A stretch of 64,000 nt of DNA, taken from NCBI RefSeq assembly GCF_009914755.1, contig NC_060934.1. One strand, written 5' to 3'. The translations under genes and the position numbers were made by a program. Below, in pieces: positions 1 to 14,340 of this stretch. The stretch's first letter is position 1. Every line of letters begins with the position of its first letter. Source of the DNA: the human T2T-CHM13v2.0 reference genome, Homo sapiens. Below the pieces are notes generated by a model. That model worked only from the letters and a program-made list of their open reading frames with translations, had not been told where the DNA came from and made no database searches.

Positions 1-3000
1 ATTCCACTACATTCCACTCCATTCCATTCCATTCCTTTGCATTCCATTATATTCCACTCAATTCCATTCCATTCCATTCCATTCCATGCCATTCCACTCC
101 ATTCCAATGCATTCCATTCATTTCCTTTCCATTCAATTCCATTCTATTCCATTCAATTGAATTCCATTCCATTCCACTCCACTCCATTCCACTCCATTCC
201 ATTTCATTCCATTCCTTTCCATTCCTTTTCAATCCATTCCATTCCATTCCCCTCCATTCCGTTCCATTCCATTCCACTGCTTTCCATTCCTTTCCATTCC
301 ATTCAATTCCATTCCATCCTATTGAATTCCATTCCATTCCACTATACTAAATTTCATTGCATTCCACTCGATGCCAGTTCACTCCAGTCCATTCCATTCC
401 TTTCCATTCCAATCTATTCCAGTCCACCCAATTTCATTCTATTCCATTCCATTCCATTCCACTCCAGTCCATTCTACTCCACTCCATTCCATTCCATTCG
501 ACTCCATTCCATTCCATTCAATTCCACTCTTCTCCATTCCATTGAATTCCTTTCCATTCCACTCCAGTCCATTCCATTTCATTCCACCCGACCCCACCCC
601 ATCCCACTCCACTCCATTCCATTCCATTCCATTTCATTCCATTTCCTTTCATTACAATACATTCCACTGCTTTCCCTTCCATTACACTACATTCCATTCT
701 AATCCAGTCCTTTCCACTTCATTCCACTCCATTCCATTCCTGTCCACTGCCCCACTCTCCATTCTATTCGGTTCCAATCCATTCTGTTCCCTTCCATTCC
801 GTTCGATTCCATTCCATTCCATTCCACTCCACTCCTCTCCACTCCACTCCACTACATTCCAGTTCACTCCATTCCATTCAACTCCCTTCCTTTCCATTCC
901 ATTCCACTCCTCTCCATTCCACTCTATGCCATTGCACTCCACACCACTCCATTCCATTCCACTCCATTCCATTCCAATCCACTCCACTCCGTTCCACTTC
1001 ATTACACTCCATTCCATTCCACTTCATTCCACTCGTCTCCGTTCCACTCCATTCCATTCCATTCCATTCCATTCCATTCCATTCCATACACTCCACTCCA
1101 TTCCATTCCATTCCATTCCACTCAAATCCACTTCTTTCCACCTCATTCCATTCCATTCCATTCAATTTCCATCCAGTGGAACCCACTCTTCTTCACTCCA
1201 CTCCAATCCGTTCCATTGCTTTCCATTTCATTGCATTCCATTCCAATCCACTCATCTCTCTTCCACTCCATTCAATTCTTCCCCATTCCATTCCTCTCCA
1301 CTGCATACCACTCCATTCCAATCCCATCCATTCCATTCCATTCCACTCTAATGCATTCCATTCCATTCCACTCCACGCAATTCCCCTGCATTCCATTCCC
1401 CTCCACTGCATGCCCTTCCCTTGCATTGCATTCTATTTTATTCAATTTCATTCCACTCGACCCCACTCCACTCCACTCCACTGCAATCAATTCCATTGAT
1501 TCCATTCCATTCCTTTCCATTCCAGTCGTTTGCTGTCCACTCCACTCAATTCCATTACACTCTACCCAACGCAATTCCATTCCATTACAATCCATTCCAT
1601 TCCTTTCCAATGCATTTCATTTCATTATACTCCATTCCATTCCAATCCACTCCCCTCCTCTCCATTCCATTCCATTCCATTCCATTCCATTCAACTCTAC
1701 TCCAGTATATTCCTTTCCACTACACTCCACTTCACTCCATTCCAATCCATTCCATTCCATCATATTCCATTCAATTTCACTGCATTCCTTTCGATTCCAT
1801 TCCATGCCATTCCTCTCCAGTCCACTCCATTGCATTCAACTCCACTTCATTCCATTCCATGACACTACACTCCGTTGCACTCCATACCAATCCATTCCAC
1901 TCCATTCCATTCCATTACATTCCATTCCATCACACTCCTTTCCATTACATTACTCTCTACTCCATTGCACTCCACTCCATTCCAATCCACAGAACTCCAT
2001 TTCATTCCCCTCCTTTTCATTCCAATCTATATCATTCCACTCCATTCCATTCCATTCCATTCCATTCCTTCACAATCCTTTCCATTACATTCTACTCTAT
2101 TCCATTCCACTCCACTCCAATGCAATCCACTCCAATCCATTCCATTCCCATCCTTTTCATTCCAATCTATACCTTTCCTCTCCACTCCATTCCATTCCAT
2201 TTCATCGCACTACACTCCTTTCCAATCCATTCCACTCCTTTCCATTCCACTCCAATCCCCTTCTTTACATTCCATTCCATTCCATTTCATTACATTCCGT
2301 TCCGTTCCTTTCCATTCCAATCCACTCCAATACATTCCATTCCACTCAATTTCATTCCATTCAATTCCACTCAACTCCATTCCATTCTATTCCACTACAT
2401 TCCATTCCATTCCACTCCATTCCATTTCATTCCATTCCATTCCATTCCATTCCACTTCATTCCATTCCATTCCTATCCATTCCATTCCTTTCCACCCCAC
2501 TTCCCTCCTCCTCATTCCATTCCATTCCATTCTATTCCTCTCCAACCCATTCCATTCCTTTACACTCCATTCCATTTAATTCCATTCCATACCATTCCAT
2601 TCCATTCCATTCCATTCCATTCCATTCCATTCCACTCCATTCCATTCCATTACACTCCATTCCATTCCATTCTACTCCATTCCACACCGCTTCATTCAAT
2701 TCCATTCCTTTCCATGTCACCCATTCCATTCTATTCTACTCTACTCCTTTCCTCTCCACTCAACTCCATTACATTCCACTCCTTTCGATTCCATTCCTTT
2801 GCATTCCATTCCATTCCATTCCACTCCATTCCATACCACTCCCTTCCACTCTACTGCATTCTGTTCCACTCCATATCATTCGTTTCCAATTCGTTCCATT
2901 CCATTCCACTCCACTCCTTTCCTCTCCACTCCATTCCACTCCAATCCCCTCCCTTACATTCCATTCCACTGTAATCCATTCCATTCCATTCCACTTCACT

Positions 3001-6000
3001 CCATTCCACTCAATTCCATTTCACTCAACTGCATTCCATGCCATTACATTCCATTGCATTCCATTCCATTCTTTTCAATTTCATTCCACTCGACCCCAAT
3101 CCACAGCACTCCACTCCCATCAATTCCATTGCTTCCATGCCATTCCATTCCATTCCAATCCATTCCATTCCACTCCACTCAAATCCATTCCAATCCAACC
3201 CACGTAATTCGATTCCATTATATTCCAATCATTGCCATTCCATTCCATTCCACTCAATTTCATTCCTTTCCACTCCACTCCACTTCATTCCACTCCATTC
3301 CATTCCACTCCACTTCCTACCTCTGCATTCCATTCCATTCCACTCCACTAAGTTCCATTCCATTCCACTCCACTGCATTCCATTCCATCCATTCCACGCC
3401 ACTCCTCTCCATAGCATTCCACTCCATTCCATTCCACTCCACTCCACACAGTTCCATTCCTTTCTACTCCATTCCATTCAATTCGCTTCCATTCCATTCC
3501 ATTCCACTCCAATCCATTCCATTCCACTCCACTAAATTCCATTCCGTTCCATTCCACTCCACTCCATTCCTTTAAATTTCACTCCATTCCATTCCATTCC
3601 ATTCCATTCCATTCCATTCCACTCCATTCCATTTCATTCCTTTCCATTCCACTCCATTCCATTTCATTCCATTCCATTCCACTACACACCGTTTCATTCC
3701 ATTCCAATCCATTCCATTCAACTCAATTCCCTTCCATTCCATTCCACTCCACTCAGTTTCATTCCGTTCCACTCCACTCCATTCCATTGCATCCCATTCC
3801 ACTCCACTCAACTCCATACCACTCCACTCCTTTTCATTCCACTCCACTCCACACATTTCCATTTCATTCCACTCCATTCCATTCCATTTGATAGCATTCC
3901 ATTCCATTCCATTCCACTCCATTCCAGTCCATTCCATTCTCTTCCATTCCATTCCTTTCCTTTCCATTCCTCTCCACTCCAATCCATTCCTTTCCATTCC
4001 ACTCGACTACTTTCTTTTCCATTTCACTCCATTCCATTCCATTCCATTCCATTCCATTCCGTTCAATTCCATTCCATTCCATTCCATTCCATTCCATTCC
4101 ATTCCACTACACACCGTTACATTCCATTGCACTCCATTCCATTCCACTCAATTCCAATCCATTCGGTTCCATTCCATTCCTCTCCACTTCATTCCATTCC
4201 ATTCCATTCCATTCCATTCCATTCCATTCCTTTCCATTCCATTCCATTCCATTCCATTCTCTTCCACTCCACTCAATTCCACTCTATTCTCCTCCACTCC
4301 ACTACATTCCACTGCTCTCCATTCCATTCCATTCCACTGTGCTGCATTCCACACAATTCCACTACATTCTATTCCATCACATTCCCTTCAATTCCACTGT
4401 ATTGCATTTGATTAAATTGCTTTCCATTCCGTTCCACTCCTCTCCACTCGATTCCATTCCACTACTCCCCATTCCACTCCTTTCCATTCCGCTCCTCACC
4501 ATTCTGTTCCATTCCATTTCACTCCACTTTATACCATTTCATTGCATTCCATCCCACTCTCCTCCCAATTCCATTCCATTCCTTTCCATTCCATTCCAGT
4601 ACCCTCCTCTCCATTCCATTCCCCTCCACTCCACTCCATTCCATTCCATTCCATTCCATTCCATTCCATTCCACTATGCTCCATTCCATTGCATACCACT
4701 CCATTCAACCCACTTCATTCCATCCTATTCCATTTTATTCCACACACTCCATTCCATTCCATTCCACTCTATTCCCTTCCAACCCACTCCTTTCCACTCC
4801 ACTTAACTCCATTCCAGTCCACTCCTTTCCTTTTCACTCCATACCATTCCAGTCCACTCCACTCCAATCCATTAAATTCCATTCCATTCTGCTCCACCCC
4901 ATTACAATCCATTCCTCTCCATTCCATTCCATTTCACTCATGTCATTTACATTCCATTCCGTTCCACTCCAATCCTTTCCATTCCATTCTCTTCCACTCC
5001 AATCCATTCTATTCCATTCCACTCCATTCCATTGCATTCCATTCTATTCCATTCCGTTCCATTCCATTGAATTCCTTTCCATTTCACTCCACTCAATTCC
5101 ATTCCATTCCCCTCCATTCCTTTGTGTTCCATTCCATTCTTTTCCTTTCCACTCCACTCCGTGGCATTCCACTCCATTCCATTCCATTCCATTCCGTTCC
5201 TTTGAATTCCATTCCATTCCACTAAACTGAATTCCATTCCATTCCACTCGACCCCACTTCACTCCACTCCACTCCGTTCCATTCCATTACAATCTATTTC
5301 ACTCTAGTCAATTCCATTCCATTCCATTCCACTCCACTGGATTCCATTCCACTCCATTCCATTACACTCCACTCCATTCCATTCCATTCCCCTCCATTCC
5401 ATTCCATTCCATTCCATTCCATTCAATTACAATCAATTGAATTCCTTTCCATTCCAGCCCACTCCATTCCATTCCACTATGCTCCATTCCACTATTTACC
5501 ATTGCATTCCATTGCATTCCATTCCATTCCATTCCATTCCATTCCACTCCATCACATGGAATTCCATTCCATTCCACTCTATCACAGGGAATTCCATTCC
5601 ATTCCACTTCACGCCATTCCATTATATTTCACTCCATTCCATTCCATTCCCTTCCGTTCCATTCCGTTCCATTCCATTCCATTCCTTTCCATTCCATTCC
5701 ATTCCGTTCCACTCTAATCCATTCCATTCCTCTCCACTCCATTGCATTCGATTCCATTCAATTCCATTCAATTCCAATAAATTGAATTCCATTCCATTCC
5801 ACTCCTGTCCATTCCATTTCATTCCACCAGATCCCACCCCATTCCACTCCACTCCATTCCATTCAATTCCATTCTCTTCCACTACACTCAATACCATTTC
5901 TCTCAACCCCACTCCATTCCATTCCATTCCATTTCATTCCATTACATTCCATTACAATACATTCCACTGCTTACCATTCTATTCCACTACATTCCTTTCC

Positions 6001-9000
6001 AATCCACTACACTCCGCTTCATTCCACCCCGTTGCATTCCTCTCCATTCCCCTCCTCTCCATTCCATTCGATTTCATTTCATTCGGTTCCATTCCATTCC
6101 GTTCTATTGCATTCCATTCCACTCCATTCCACTCCACTCCACTCCAATTCATTCCACTCCACTCCACTCTGTTCAACACCATTCCATTCCATTCCACTCC
6201 ACTCCCTTCCATTCCATTCCACTCCTCTCCATTCCACTCTATTCCATTGCACTTCTCTGCACTCCATTCCATTCCACTCCATTCCATTCCAGTCCACTCC
6301 ACTCCATTCCGCTTCAATCCACTTCATTCCAGTCCACTTCATTCGACTCGACTCGATTCCATTCCAAACAATTTCATTCCGATCTATAACATTCCACTCC
6401 ACCCAATTCCATTCCATTCCGTTCCACTACACTCCATTCCACTTCATTCCACTCCATTACATTCCAATCCAATCCATTAAATTCCATTCTGTTCCGTTCC
6501 GTTCCGTTCCGTCCCATTCCGTTCCGTTCAATTCCATTCCATTCCACTACACTCTATTACATTCAATTACACTAAATTTCATTCCATTCCATTCCACTCA
6601 TTTCCATTCCATTCTTTTGCACTCCATTCCATTCCATTCGACTCCACTCCATTCCATTCCATTCCACTCAATTCCATTCCATTCCATTCCATTCCGTTGC
6701 ATTTCAGTCCCTTCCATTCCATTCCCCTGAATTCCATTCCATTCCACTCCACAGCATTCCATTTCATTCCACTCCACTCCATTCCATGCCGTTCCACTCC
6801 ATTCCATTAAATTCCAATTCTTTCAATTCCACTCTATTCCGTTCAATTCATTTCCTCTACACTGTACTCCATTCCATTCCACTCCATTCCATTTCACTCC
6901 ATTCCATTCCTCTCCATTCGGTGTCATTCCATTGCACTCCATTCCATTCCATTCCACTCCATTCCACTCCGTTCTATCCCAATCCACTCCCCTCCTTTAC
7001 TTTCCATTCCACTACATTCCGTTCCATTCGATTCCATTCCTCTCCACTCCATTCCATACCATTCCACTGTGATCCATTCCATTCCATTCCATTCCACTCC
7101 ACTCAATTCCATTCTATTCCACAACATTCCACTCCTTTCCATTCCCTTCCACTGAATTCCATTCCATTCCACTCCACACCATTCCATTCCATTCCACTCC
7201 ACTCCTTTCCATCCCATTCCATTCCATTCAATTCGATTCGATTCCATTCCATTCCAGTCCATTCTGCTCCATTCCACTCCATTCCATTCCATTCCATTCC
7301 ACTCCATTCTGTGCCATTCCATTCCACACCATTCCATCCCACTCTATTCCATTCCGTTCTATTCTGCTCCAGTACATTCCATTCTACTCCACTCCACTCC
7401 ACTCCAATCCACTCCACTCCATTCCATTGCATTCCATTCCATTCCATTAAATTCCATTCCATTCCATTACATTCAATTCCATTTAACTTAACCACCCTCC
7501 ACTCCATCCCCGCCATTCTATTCCATTCCATTCCATTTCATTCCACTCCACTCAATTCCATTGCATTCCATTCCATTCCATTCCATTCCATTCCATTCCA
7601 TTCCATTCCTTCCTCTCAACTGCATTCCACTCCATTTCTTTTCACTCCACTCCACTCCACTGTATTCCACTCCATTCCATTCCACTCCACTCCACTCAAT
7701 TCCATTCCACTACATCGTATTGCATTCCGTTCCATTCTGTTCGATTCCACTGCGTTCCTGTCCATTCCACTCCACTCCATTCCATTTATTTCCATTCCAC
7801 TCTATTAAACTCCTATCTGTGCCATTCCATTCCAAGCCATTCTGTTCCAGTTCACTCGACTCCATTCCATTCCAGTCCACTCGACTCCATTTCATTCCAC
7901 TCCATTCCATTCCACTCCACTCCACTCCTCTCCATTCCAATCCAGTACATTCCATTCCATTCCGTTCCATGCTGTTGTATTCCATTCCACCTCACTCCAC
8001 TCCACTCCACTTCATTCCACTCCTTCCCATTCCATTCCATTCCACTCGATTCCATTCTATTCCAATCCATTCCACTCCACTCCTCTCCATTCTGTTGCAC
8101 TCCATTCAATTTCACTCCATTCCATTCCACTCCATTCCATGCCATTCCATTCAAACCCATTCCATTCCACTATATTCCATTCTGTTCCATTCTGGTCCAT
8201 TCCTTTCCACTTTACTCCAATCCACTCCACTCTATTGCATTCCAGTGCATTCCATTAAATTCCATTCCATTCCATTCAACTCCATTAAAATCGGCCGCCC
8301 TCCACTCCACTCCTCTGCATTCCATTCCATTCCATTCCACTCCACTCCATTCCACTGCATCGCACTCAATTCCATTCCTCTCCATTCACTTCTTTTACAT
8401 TACATTCCACTGCATTCCATTCCAATCCATTTCATTCCATTGTACTCCACTCCATTTCTGTCCATTCCATTCCACTTCATTCCGTTCCTTTCCATTCCAC
8501 TCCATTCGATTCCATTCCATTCCATTCCATTCCATTCCATTCCATTCCATTCCTTTTCATTTCATTCTTTCCACTCCATTACATTCAATTCCACTCCATT
8601 CCATTACAATCCACTCAACACCACTACATTCCACTCCATTGCATTGCACTCCACTCCAGTCCATTCCCTTCCACTTCACTCCAATCCACTCCATTCCATT
8701 CCATAATATTCCATTCAATTCCACTGTATTAAATTCAATTCCATACCTTTCCATTCCCTTCCATTCCATTCCATTCCACTCCATTCCATACACCTCCATT
8801 CCCCTCCAATCCATTTCATTCAATTCCATTCCACTCCTGTCCAATCCATTACATTCCAATCCACTACATTCCAATCCATTCCACTCCACTCCTTTCCATT
8901 AAACTTCTCTCCATTCCATTCCACTCCATTCCATTCCAGTCAACTCCACTCCATTCCACCCCAATACATTCCATTCCATTCCTTTCCATGCCTTCGCATT

Positions 9001-12000
9001 CCATTCCACTTCACTACAATCCACTCTATTCCATGCCGTTCTTTCCACTCCGTTCCATTCTATTCCATTCTATTCCAGTCCACTCCACTCCATTCCACTT
9101 CATTCCACTTCATTCCACTCCACTTCATTCCACTCGACTCGATTCCATTCCACTCAATTTCATTCCGATCTCTAACATTCCACAACACTCCATTTCAGTC
9201 CATTCCATTCCACTAAACTCCATTCCACTTCATTCCACTACATTCCATTCCAGTCCAATCCATTCAATTCCATTCTTTTCTATTCCTTTCCGTTCCATCC
9301 CGTCCCATTCCGTTCCGTTCCATTCTATTCCATTCCATTCCACTACACTCTATTCCATTCCATTACACTAAATTTCATTCCATTACACTAAATTTCATTC
9401 CATTCCATTCCCCTCATCTCCATTCCATTGTTTTGCACTCCATTCCATTCCATTCTTTTGTACTCCATTCCATTCCATTCCACTCCACTCCATTCCATTC
9501 CATTCCACTCAATTCCATTCCATTCCATTCAATTCCGTTGCATTCCATTCCCTTTCATTCCATTCCACTGAATTCCATTCCTTACCACTCCACAACATTC
9601 CATTTCATTCCACCCCACTCCATTCCATGCCATTCCACTCCATTCCATTAAATTCCATTTTTTTCAATTCCACTGTATTCCATTCCTTTCCTTTCCTCGC
9701 CACTCTACTCCATTCCATTCCACTCCATTCCATTTCACTCTATTCCATTCCTCTCCATTCGGTGCCATTCCATTCCACTCCATTCCATTCCACTCCATTC
9801 CACTCCATTCTATTCCACTGCATTCCACTCCATTCTACCCCAATCCACTCCCCTCCTTTACTTTCTATTCCACTACATTCCGTTCCATTCGATTCCATTC
9901 CACTCCACTCCATTCCATACAATTCCACTCTGATCCATTCCATTCCATTCCATTCCACTCCATTGCATTCCATTCCAATCCACAGAATTCCACTCATTTG
10001 CATTCCCTTCCACTGAATTCCATTCGATTCCACTCCACACCATTCCATTCCATTTCACTCCTCTCCATTCCCTACCATTCCATTCCTTCCCATCCCCTTC
10101 CATTCTATACCATTCCATTCCAATCCATTCTTCTCCAGTCCAGTCCATTCCATTCCACTGCATTCCATTCCACTACATTCTGTGCCATTCCATTCTACAC
10201 CATTCCATCCCACTCCATTCCATTCCATTCCATTCCGGTCCAGTACATTCCACTCCACTCCACTCCACTCCACTCCATTGCATTCCATTCCATTCCATTA
10301 AATTCTTTCCATTCCATTACATTGAATTCCATTCCACTTAACCACCCTCCACTCCATCCCCTCCATTGTATTCCACTCCATTCCATTCCTTTCCACTCCA
10401 CTCAATTCCATTCCACTCCAGTGCACTCCATTCCATTCTATTCCACTTCATTCCATTCCATTCTGTTCCATGCTGTTGTATTCCATTCCACCTCACTCCA
10501 CTCCACTCCACTTCATTCCCCTCCTTTCCATGTCATTCCATTCCAATCCAATCCATTCTATTCCATTCAATTCCACTCCACTCCACTCCATTGCATTCCG
10601 TTCCACTCCATTCAATTTCACTCCATTCCATTCCACTCCATTCCATTCCATTCCAATCAACTCCATTCCATTCCACTATATTCCATTCTGTTCCATTCTG
10701 GTCCATTCCCTTCCACTTCACTCCAATCCACTCCACTCAATTGCATTCCATTGCATTCCATTAAATTCCATTCCATTCCATTACATTCAACTCCATTACA
10801 ATCGGCCGCCGTCCACTCCACTCCACTCCATTCCATTCCATTCCCCTCCACTCCATTCCACTCCATCGCACTCAATTCCATTCCACTCCACTGACCTTTT
10901 TTACATTACATTCCACTGCATTCCATTCCACTCCATTTCTTTCCATTGCACTCCACTCCATTCATTTCCATTCCATTCCACTCCATTCCATTCCTTTCCA
11001 GTCCATTCCATTCCATTCCGTTGAATTCCATTGCATTCCTGTCCACTCTATTGCATTCCATTCCACTCCACTCCTTTTCATTCCATTCCATTCCATTCCT
11101 TTCCATTCTATTCCATTCCATTCCACTCCACTCTACTCCATTCCATTCCATTCCACTCCATTCCATTCCATTCCATTCCTTTTCATTTAATTGTTTCCAC
11201 TCAATGACATTCAATTCCACTCCATTCCATTACAATCCACTCAACACCGCTACATTCCACTCCATTGCATTACACTCCACTCCATTCCATTCCATTTCAC
11301 TCCATTCCCATCCACTCCATTCCACTCCATTACATTCCGTAACATTCCATTCAATTCCACTGTATTAAATTCAATTCCTTACCTTTCCACTCCCTTCCAT
11401 TCCATTCCATTCCTTTCCATTCCATTCCATTCCATTCCACTCCATTGCATACTCCTCCATGCCCCTCCAATCCATTCCATTCCATTCCATTTCACTCCTA
11501 TCCAATCCATTACATTCCAATCCACTCCATTCCATTCCATTCCATTCCACTCCACTCCTTTCCATTCCACTTCTCTCCATTCCATTCCCCTCCATTCCAT
11601 TCCAGTCCACTCCACTCCATTCCACTCCAATACATTCCATTCCATTCTGTTCCATGCCCTTGCATTCCATTCCACTTCACTACACTACACTCCATTCCAT
11701 TCCACTCTATTCTATGCCATTCCTTTCCCCTCCATTCCATTCTATTCCATTCCATTACACTCCACTCCACTCCATTCCATTCAAATCCGTTCCTGTCCAC
11801 TCAATTCCTTTCCACTCCATTGAATGCCATTCCATTCCACTCCATTCCATTCCTCTCCACTCCAATCCATTCCATTCCAGTCCAGTCCACTCCATTCCAT
11901 TCCAGTCTGTTCCATTCCACTCCACTCCACACTGTTCCATTCCATTCAACTACACCCCGTGATATTCCATTCCTTTCAAATCCTCTCCATTCCATGCCAT

Positions 12001-14340
12001 TCCACACCATTCCATAACACTCCATTCCAATCCATTCCATTCCACTCCATTCCATTCCATTCCAATCCACGCCACTGAATTACATTTCATTCCACTCCAC
12101 TCCATTCCATTCCATTCCATTTCATTCCATTCCATTCCATTTCATTCAATTCCATTCCATCCCATTCCATTCTTCTCCAATCAGTTCAATTCCACTACAA
12201 CCCACTCCATTCCTTTCCATTCCATTCCCTTTCATTTTATTCCATTCCATTCCTTTCCATTCCTTTCCACTCCATTCCATGCCATTCAACTCCGTTCCAT
12301 TCCAATCCACTCCACTCTACTACATTCCACTCCATTCCTTTCATCTCCACTCCCATCGTCTGCATTCCGTTCCATTCCATTGCATTCCATTCTATTCCAT
12401 TCCATTCCATTCCACTCCACTCCACTCCATTCCACTCCAGTCCGCTCCATTCCACTCCACTCCTTTCCATTCCATTCCATTCCACTACACTCGACTCTAC
12501 TAGACCCCAATCCATTCCATTCCCAAACATTCCATTTTATTCCACTGCATTCCAATTGATTCCATTCCATTTGATTCTATTCCATTCCATTCCATTCGAC
12601 TCCATTCCATTCCATTCCATTCCATTCCATTCCATTCCATTCCATTCCACTCTTCTCCACTCCACTCCATTCCCCTCCATTCCATTCCAAAACATTCCAT
12701 TTCATTGCACTGCATTCCATTTGATTCCATTCCATTCGATTCTATTCCATTCCATTCCCCTCGATTCCATTCGATTCCACTCCATTCCATTTCATTCCAC
12801 TCTATTCCATTCCATTCCATTCCACTCCATTCCATTCCACTCCACTGCATTCCATACCATTGCATTCCACTCCACTCCATTCCATTACTTTCCATTCCAT
12901 TCCATTCCTCTCCAATCCCTTCCATTCCATTCCACTCCACTCAATTTCACTACATTAAATTCCAGTCCAATCAACTACATTCCATTCCAGTCCATTCCAT
13001 TCCAATCCACTCCCCTCGTTTTCCTTCCATTCCATTCCATTCCATTCCATTCCATTCCACTCCACTCCATTCCATTCCATTCCACTCCACTCCATTCCAT
13101 TCCATAAACTACATTCCATTCCACTCCACTCCATTCCATTCCATTCCACTCCACTCCATTCCATTCCATTAAACTACACTCCATGCCACTCCATTCTATT
13201 CTACTCCACCCTACTCCACTCCATTCCATCCCACTCAATTCCATTCCACTCCACTACATTCAGTTCCATTCAATTCCATTCCACTCCACTCCATTCCATT
13301 CCATTCCACTCCACTCCTTTCCGTTCCATTCCATTCCCTTCAATGCCTTTCCATTCCATTCCACTCCAATCAATTCCATTCCACTCCACTACCTTCCATT
13401 CCTATCCACTCCATTCCATTGAATTGTATTCCATTCCATTCCTTTCCATTTGATTCCACTTCCTTCCACTCCACTCCATTCCATTCTTCTCTACTGGACC
13501 CGAACCCACTCAATTCCTTTCCATTCTGTTACATTCTATTCCACTCCACTCTATTCCATCCAACTCCACCTCACTCCATTCCGTTCCATTCCATTACATT
13601 CCATTCTTTCCATACCGTTCCACTCCATTCCTTTCCACTCCTTTCCATAACATTCCACTACTTTCCATTCCAATCCCCACCACTCAACTACATTCTATTC
13701 CATTCCATTGCACTGCAATCCCCTCAACTCTGTTAAATTCCATTCCATTCCACTCCATTCCTTTCCATTTCCATCCACTCGACCCCACTCCAGTGCACTC
13801 CATTCCATTCCATTCCGTTCCACTCCACTCAACTCCATTTCACTCCATTCCATTCCAATCCACTCACCTCCTTTCCAATCTATTCCATTCCACCCCTCTC
13901 AACTCCATTCCACTCCATTCCTTTCCAACCTATTCCATTCCACTCCACTCCATTCCACTCCATTCCACTCCAATCAATTCCAGTAGATTCCATTACACTA
14001 GAATGCATTCCATTCCATTCCACTCTACTACCTTCAACTCCATTGCATTCCACTAAATTCCTATGCATTCCCTCCATTCCTTTCCACTCCACTCCACTCC
14101 ATTCCACTCCTTTCCATTCCACACCATTACATGTCGTTCCACTCCACTCCATTCCTTTCCACTCCATTACATTCAATTCCTTTCCAGTCCATTCCATTCC
14201 ATTCCACTCCAGTCCACTCTTCTCCATAGCATTCTATTCTATTCCATTCCATTCCATTCCTATCCTTTCCTTTCCATTCCACTCCATTCCATTCCATTTC
14301 ATTCCATTCCTTTCAATTCCATTCCTCTCGACCCGTCTCC
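1..14340 (+). repeat. Classical satellite (CATTC)n, HSat3-type, CACTC-rich diverged domain
   Basis: Continuous CATTC pentamers heavily mixed with CACTC and very few G on the + strand. ORFs read (HSIPF)n or (MEWNG)n. Right boundary is approximate (+/-100 bp). Confidence 0.93.
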
